Source of the DNA: Spirochaetaceae bacterium
GTDB lineage: Bacteria; Spirochaetota; Spirochaetia; DSM-2461
NCBI GenBank assembly: GCA_051531975.1
Contig: JAOPTT010000005.1
Span: 160,001 to 224,000, forward strand
Length of the DNA stretch: 64,000 nucleotides
Reading direction: 5' to 3'
Part shown: positions 60,157-64,000 of the stretch, one piece after another
Position numbering within the stretch: the first letter of the stretch is position 1
How the letters are laid out: each line of letters starts with the position of its first letter
Notes under the pieces: generated by a model
Databases searched by the model: none
What the model was told of the DNA's origin: nothing
Seen by the model: only the letters and a program-made list of their open reading frames with translations
Made by a program: the position numbers and the translations under genes

Positions 60157-60840
60157 TCAAAATGTCCCATTAAGCCTATTTTTTGTAATTCCTTGAAACC
60201 AGCTAGTTGCTATTTTTTGGTAACAGGAATTAGTTGGATGATTTATACTGTTTGAAAAACAATCGGCGTCTATTGATTCCAGGTCTTTAGGATCTGTTAG
60301 AAAATTGACATATTGATCTACTGTTCCAATAGAGAATCCCATTTTATCAAATACCGGTACCAGAGTCTTTCGAATATAGAGGTTGTAGTTGACTATATCC
60401 TTATTAAACTTCTGTAGGGGAGTTATTTGTGCGACCAGTAGTTTGATATTTGGAGAAGTATCAAAAATAGTCCTGACCAGACTATCCAGTTGTTCAGGAC
60501 TCTTTATACTAATACCATTAATCCCTATCATCAGTAAAATGATATCTGGCTGGTCCTCTTTAATCCACTTTTGAATGTTCTTTTCTATTTTCCTGATATC
60601 CCATCCACCGTACCCGCGGTGATTATCCTGTTGAAAAGATTCGTTAAAAGTTGGAACACCGTATAGGTTGTTAAATGGCTCCTCTGATTCACCGACATAT
60701 TCAAAGTTTAAACCGGAGGTTTTAAGTTTTTTATGAAGAGCAGCACGATAGCCATATTCAAAGGGGTAATTCCAGTCGGGATTATCGGTATACCCGGCTG
60801 TAATTGAATCACCAAGAGGCATTATCTTCAATTTATGCAT
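60157..60840 (-). CDS. SGNH/GDSL hydrolase (carbohydrate esterase-like)
   Basis: PLGDSIT, HRGYGG, LMIGIN and INHP. Confidence 0.88.
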   Translation of the reverse strand: MHKLKIMPLGDSITAGYTDNPDWNYPFEYGYRAALHKKLKTSGLNFEYVGESEEPFNNLYGVPTFNESFQQDNHRGYGGWDIRKIEKNIQKWIKEDQPDIILLMIGINGISIKSPEQLDSLVRTIFDTSPNIKLLVAQITPLQKFNKDIVNYNLYIRKTLVPVFDKMGFSIGTVDQYVNFLTDPKDLESIDADCFSNSINHPTNSCYQKIATSWFQGITKNRLNGTF

Positions 60841-62002
60841 TATCTCTATTAAAAGTCTTTCTCATAAGTTTACAGTAATACTGTACATTTTCCCATTTTG
60901 CATCAGGAGCGATTCTATGATCGGGGCATGGGATGTATCCACCTAGTTCTGTAAGCTTTTTTAATCTTTCAACCTCTTCTTCAATGGCAACAAAATCCTT
61001 GGAAAACATGTTTTTATTCATACCTCCAACACCTTTGATACTTTTGCCGTACTTCTCACGCCAAGGAGCTATACTAGCATCCCAGGTTCCAACTTCTATA
61101 GGGAACATAGTGTTTACACCGTTTTCCATCCAGATAGGAAGTAATTTATCCACAAGGCCATCGCAGTCAACGGATACAATATCAATGCCGTATGATGACG
61201 CAAGGTCTGTAATTTTTTTATAATGTGGCCCAACTAACTCTTTAAACAGAGCTGGATTAACAAGAGGTCCATTTTTATAACATATATCTTCCCAGAAATG
61301 TAGATAATCGAACTTAGCTCCTGTTTTTAAAACTGATTCTATGATTTGGTAGTTTAATTCTGCAACTGTATCGATAACTTCTTTAAGAAGTTCAGGATCG
61401 TCCACAGTAAGATAGCTCAGGTTTTCTACTCCAACAAAGTTTCTAATAAAACCAAGAAGGCTACCGCCATGTAGGCCTAGAGGTGTCTCTCTGTTATCTA
61501 TATCCAGCAGGTAGTCCATACCGCCTTTTTCTAGGGTAAGCAGACGGTCTTTTGCTGGAACAGGAGTATTTAGATACCGCTTAGCAGAATATTCAAGTTT
61601 TGCCTTAAATTCGTTGTCCCACTCTTTTCGTCCTTTAAAATAGTGGTCAACTTCTGTTGGAATAGAAACAACGTCTCTTTTTTCCATGACAATTACACCG
61701 TCTTCGTTTAAAACTTTCATGGTACCGTCTTCTTTTTCATCAAGAATTGTTCGGGGAAAAGCAGGGTCTAAGTTGTAATAAGGATTAAATGTTTGACTCC
61801 AGTTAAAATCAAATCCCAATTTTTTACCTATCGAGATATCGGCTTCGCTACAGTCGGACCATGTAATGGCTTCTTCTCTGGTTATATGGCCTTCGTCTGC
61901 CCATTTAATTAGAGTTTCTGCCCAGAATCCAAAATGGACGATTGGCATGGTGTCATAAGGTTTATAATGTAAAATAGCCTGTACATTTTCCCGTAAAGTC
62001 AT
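60833..62002 (-). CDS. Uroporphyrinogen decarboxylase (URO-D/MtaA-like) family protein
   Basis: G.ENLSYL..DDPEL, WEDICYKNGPL, VDCDG, GGMNK and GGYIPCPDH. Confidence 0.82.
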   Translation of the reverse strand: MTLRENVQAILHYKPYDTMPIVHFGFWAETLIKWADEGHITREEAITWSDCSEADISIGKKLGFDFNWSQTFNPYYNLDPAFPRTILDEKEDGTMKVLNEDGVIVMEKRDVVSIPTEVDHYFKGRKEWDNEFKAKLEYSAKRYLNTPVPAKDRLLTLEKGGMDYLLDIDNRETPLGLHGGSLLGFIRNFVGVENLSYLTVDDPELLKEVIDTVAELNYQIIESVLKTGAKFDYLHFWEDICYKNGPLVNPALFKELVGPHYKKITDLASSYGIDIVSVDCDGLVDKLLPIWMENGVNTMFPIEVGTWDASIAPWREKYGKSIKGVGGMNKNMFSKDFVAIEEEVERLKKLTELGGYIPCPDHRIAPDAKWENVQYYCKLMRKTFNRDNA

Positions 62003-62102
62003 AGTGTTTAATCTCCTGAAAATTTTAATTTAGTTTTATTGAATATGAGTCTATAATAAACCTCAAACACAGTAACCAGGAATGGAGTGAAATAGGAACA
62101 AC

Positions 62103-62960
62103 ATGGACTATAATAAGATACTACCTATAAAAGAGATTCAGCCATCAGTTCATATTGTTAATTATATTAAATGGGATGATATGTCACAAATCTGGGGCCC
62201 CAGGATTATTGCAGATTTTGAGATGATACTAATTAGAGAGGGTACCTTCTCTTACATCGAAGAAAAAGTTTTTCCAAACTCATTTCAGTGTGATAAGAGA
62301 ATTAATGGGTCTTTGAATCTTACTCTTAAACCTGGCGACATGCTTCTGATTCCTCCTGGAGTTGAACATGTACTTAAAACCGAATCCAATGCCGGTGCCT
62401 TTTCCTGTATTCATAATGATCCATACGGAGATCATTCTAATAATAATAATAATATAAAATTGTCTCCAACTCCTGAATATAAAACAGATCTTTTTGAACA
62501 TATGGAGCTTTTTGACAGTCTATTTTTCAGGACTAATGAGCTTTTTGAAAGTTATCAACTCTATAGAGATGAGCTGCTTAGTACATTGTGTCGGGAGATC
62601 TGGCTCCGCTGTGCTGCCAGGTGGGACGTTCAGTCAAAAGAAGTACAGATTAGTGAAAGAATGAAAATGATGCTAGGATATATAAAAGTAAATTGCCAAC
62701 GGGATATAGGAAGGAATGAACTGGCAGAGGAATTTAATCTGACTGCCGAACATGTTAACTCACTGTTCAAAAAGGAGTTGAATATTTCTCCCTCAACCTG
62801 TATCAATCGCGAGCGAGTTCTCCTGGGATATTCCAAAATATACAATGGGGGATTATCCGTGAAAGAAGCTGCCTTTGAGTGTGGTTTTAATGATCCTCTC
62901 TACTTTTCCAAAGTCTTTAAAAAAGTACTTGGTGTATCACCATCCTCTTTGAGAAGATAG
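62103..62960 (+). CDS. AraC-family transcriptional regulator
   Basis: Cupin LKPGDMLLIPPGVEH; CGFNDPLYFSKVFKK. Confidence 0.92.
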   Translation: MDYNKILPIKEIQPSVHIVNYIKWDDMSQIWGPRIIADFEMILIREGTFSYIEEKVFPNSFQCDKRINGSLNLTLKPGDMLLIPPGVEHVLKTESNAGAFSCIHNDPYGDHSNNNNNIKLSPTPEYKTDLFEHMELFDSLFFRTNELFESYQLYRDELLSTLCREIWLRCAARWDVQSKEVQISERMKMMLGYIKVNCQRDIGRNELAEEFNLTAEHVNSLFKKELNISPSTCINRERVLLGYSKIYNGGLSVKEAAFECGFNDPLYFSKVFKKVLGVSPSSLRR

Positions 62961-62987
62961 ACACTTTGATAATGAACTTATACTTAC

Positions 62988-63030
62988 AAAAACCGCCACT
63001 ATATTTGATTAAATAGAGTGGGGAAGTTTT
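62988..63030. repeat. Palindromic repeat / terminator, copy 2
   Basis: Core CCACTATATTTGATTAAATAGAGTGGG (62996-63022), between convergent genes. Confidence 0.7.
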
Positions 63031-63064
63031 TATCTTTTATAATATAACCTCGTCAGTTATCACT

Positions 63065-64000
63065 TTATTTACAAATAGCATATTCTTTAAACAGTTTGAT
63101 ATACAATTTATAATCTTCCATTGATACTTCTGGCGGAGTCTGGTGGTCTACGCTAATAATATATCCACCTTTTTTAGCTGCAGGAATCACTCTTTCGAAC
63201 TCTTTCCGAATAGCATCTTCTCCTAAATGCATAACGGTTTTATCAAAATGACCTATACATTTAAAATGTGGATATTTTTTCTGTAATACATCTATATCCA
63301 CTCCCGCCTGTCTTTCTAAAGGTAGAGCACCAGCAATACCAGCATCCTGGAACCACTGTATTGGTTCAGTTATATCACCATCTGAATCGATAATTGTATG
63401 TGTTTTTGTACCTTCAAATTTCTTTATTATCCTTTTATTGTATGGGAGGATAAACTCTTCATACTGATCCCGACTTACCATTGGCCCATGATTGTAACTC
63501 ATATCCTCGGCAAATGTAACAAAGTCAGGTTCTATATGGTCTAGAACATAGTCGATAGTTTTGCTCTGATAGTTACAAAGATCCTCATTCATCCGGTGCA
63601 TTAGATCTGGTTGATCATAAAAAGAGTATAGATGTCTTTCGATACCAAATAACTCTCTGGGGTACCAGAAAAATCCCTGCATTCCAAAACGGAAGATATT
63701 GTCTCCCTTTTTATTGTCTTTTATCCACTGTTTCTCAATGGGACTGAATCTGAAGGGCTTAAAGAGGGTTGGAAGTATTTTATCATACTCTTCTTCTGTT
63801 TCTGCAATACCTTTACCATGGGATTTTGTCACTGGTGTTTCACGGGATTGAGCAACGCAGGCCGTCTCCCTATACATATCCAATCCAAAATATTCGTACA
63901 TTTTGTAACGATCGGTATTTGGCAGACCTTCTGATTTCCACCTTGTAACTGTCTGATCCCACCATACAGCCCACTCTATTATCGGTAGTCTGTCTACTGG
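63065..64000 (-). CDS. URO-D/MtaA-like family protein (5' end beyond the window)
   Basis: Frame stays open to the window edge (PVDRLPIIEWAVWWDQT...); AEDMSYNHGPM, IDSDGD and GGYIISVDH. Confidence 0.82.
   Translation of the reverse strand, partial: PVDRLPIIEWAVWWDQTVTRWKSEGLPNTDRYKMYEYFGLDMYRETACVAQSRETPVTKSHGKGIAETEEEYDKILPTLFKPFRFSPIEKQWIKDNKKGDNIFRFGMQGFFWYPRELFGIERHLYSFYDQPDLMHRMNEDLCNYQSKTIDYVLDHIEPDFVTFAEDMSYNHGPMVSRDQYEEFILPYNKRIIKKFEGTKTHTIIDSDGDITEPIQWFQDAGIAGALPLERQAGVDIDVLQKKYPHFKCIGHFDKTVMHLGEDAIRKEFERVIPAAKKGGYIISVDHQTPPEVSMEDYKLYIKLFKEYAICK

Noticed and set aside
1..64000. CRISPR array, tRNA/rRNA genes, IS transposase, integrase or prophage genes
   Set aside because: No regularly spaced repeats, RNA gene signatures or recombinase/transposase motifs were seen.
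60833..64000. hemE assignment for the URO-D-like genes
   Set aside because: The HemE W.MRQAGR motif is not seen and there is no heme-pathway context.

Overview
AT-rich bacterial chromosomal window, most likely from a free-living anaerobic spirochaete (inferred from the 'ASGQxE' mature N-termini of the sugar-binding proteins; not verified). Left to right it holds four blocks. (1) A c-di-GMP/two-component signalling block (1-4.6 kb). (2) A trimeric group A [FeFe]-hydrogenase operon whose HydB subunit is fused to a GltD/NfnB-like flavoprotein (5.7-11.2 kb). (3) A ~50 kb carbohydrate-catabolism island: two ABC importers, two MFS carriers, a SemiSWEET, two GH78, a GH106-like enzyme, three GH99/WbsX-like proteins, two five-bladed propeller glycosidases, a DUF4038 protein, four sulfatases, an SGNH esterase, two URO-D-like proteins, and LacI, AraC and YesMN regulators. 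(4) Four type II toxin-antitoxin loci inside that island, two with damaged toxins. The spacers in the right half contain diverged fragments of neighbouring and foreign genes that share breakpoints, plus one solitary attC-like site. I found no integrase, transposase, reverse transcriptase, CRISPR array, tRNA or rRNA. All family assignments come from motif recognition by eye, not from database searches.
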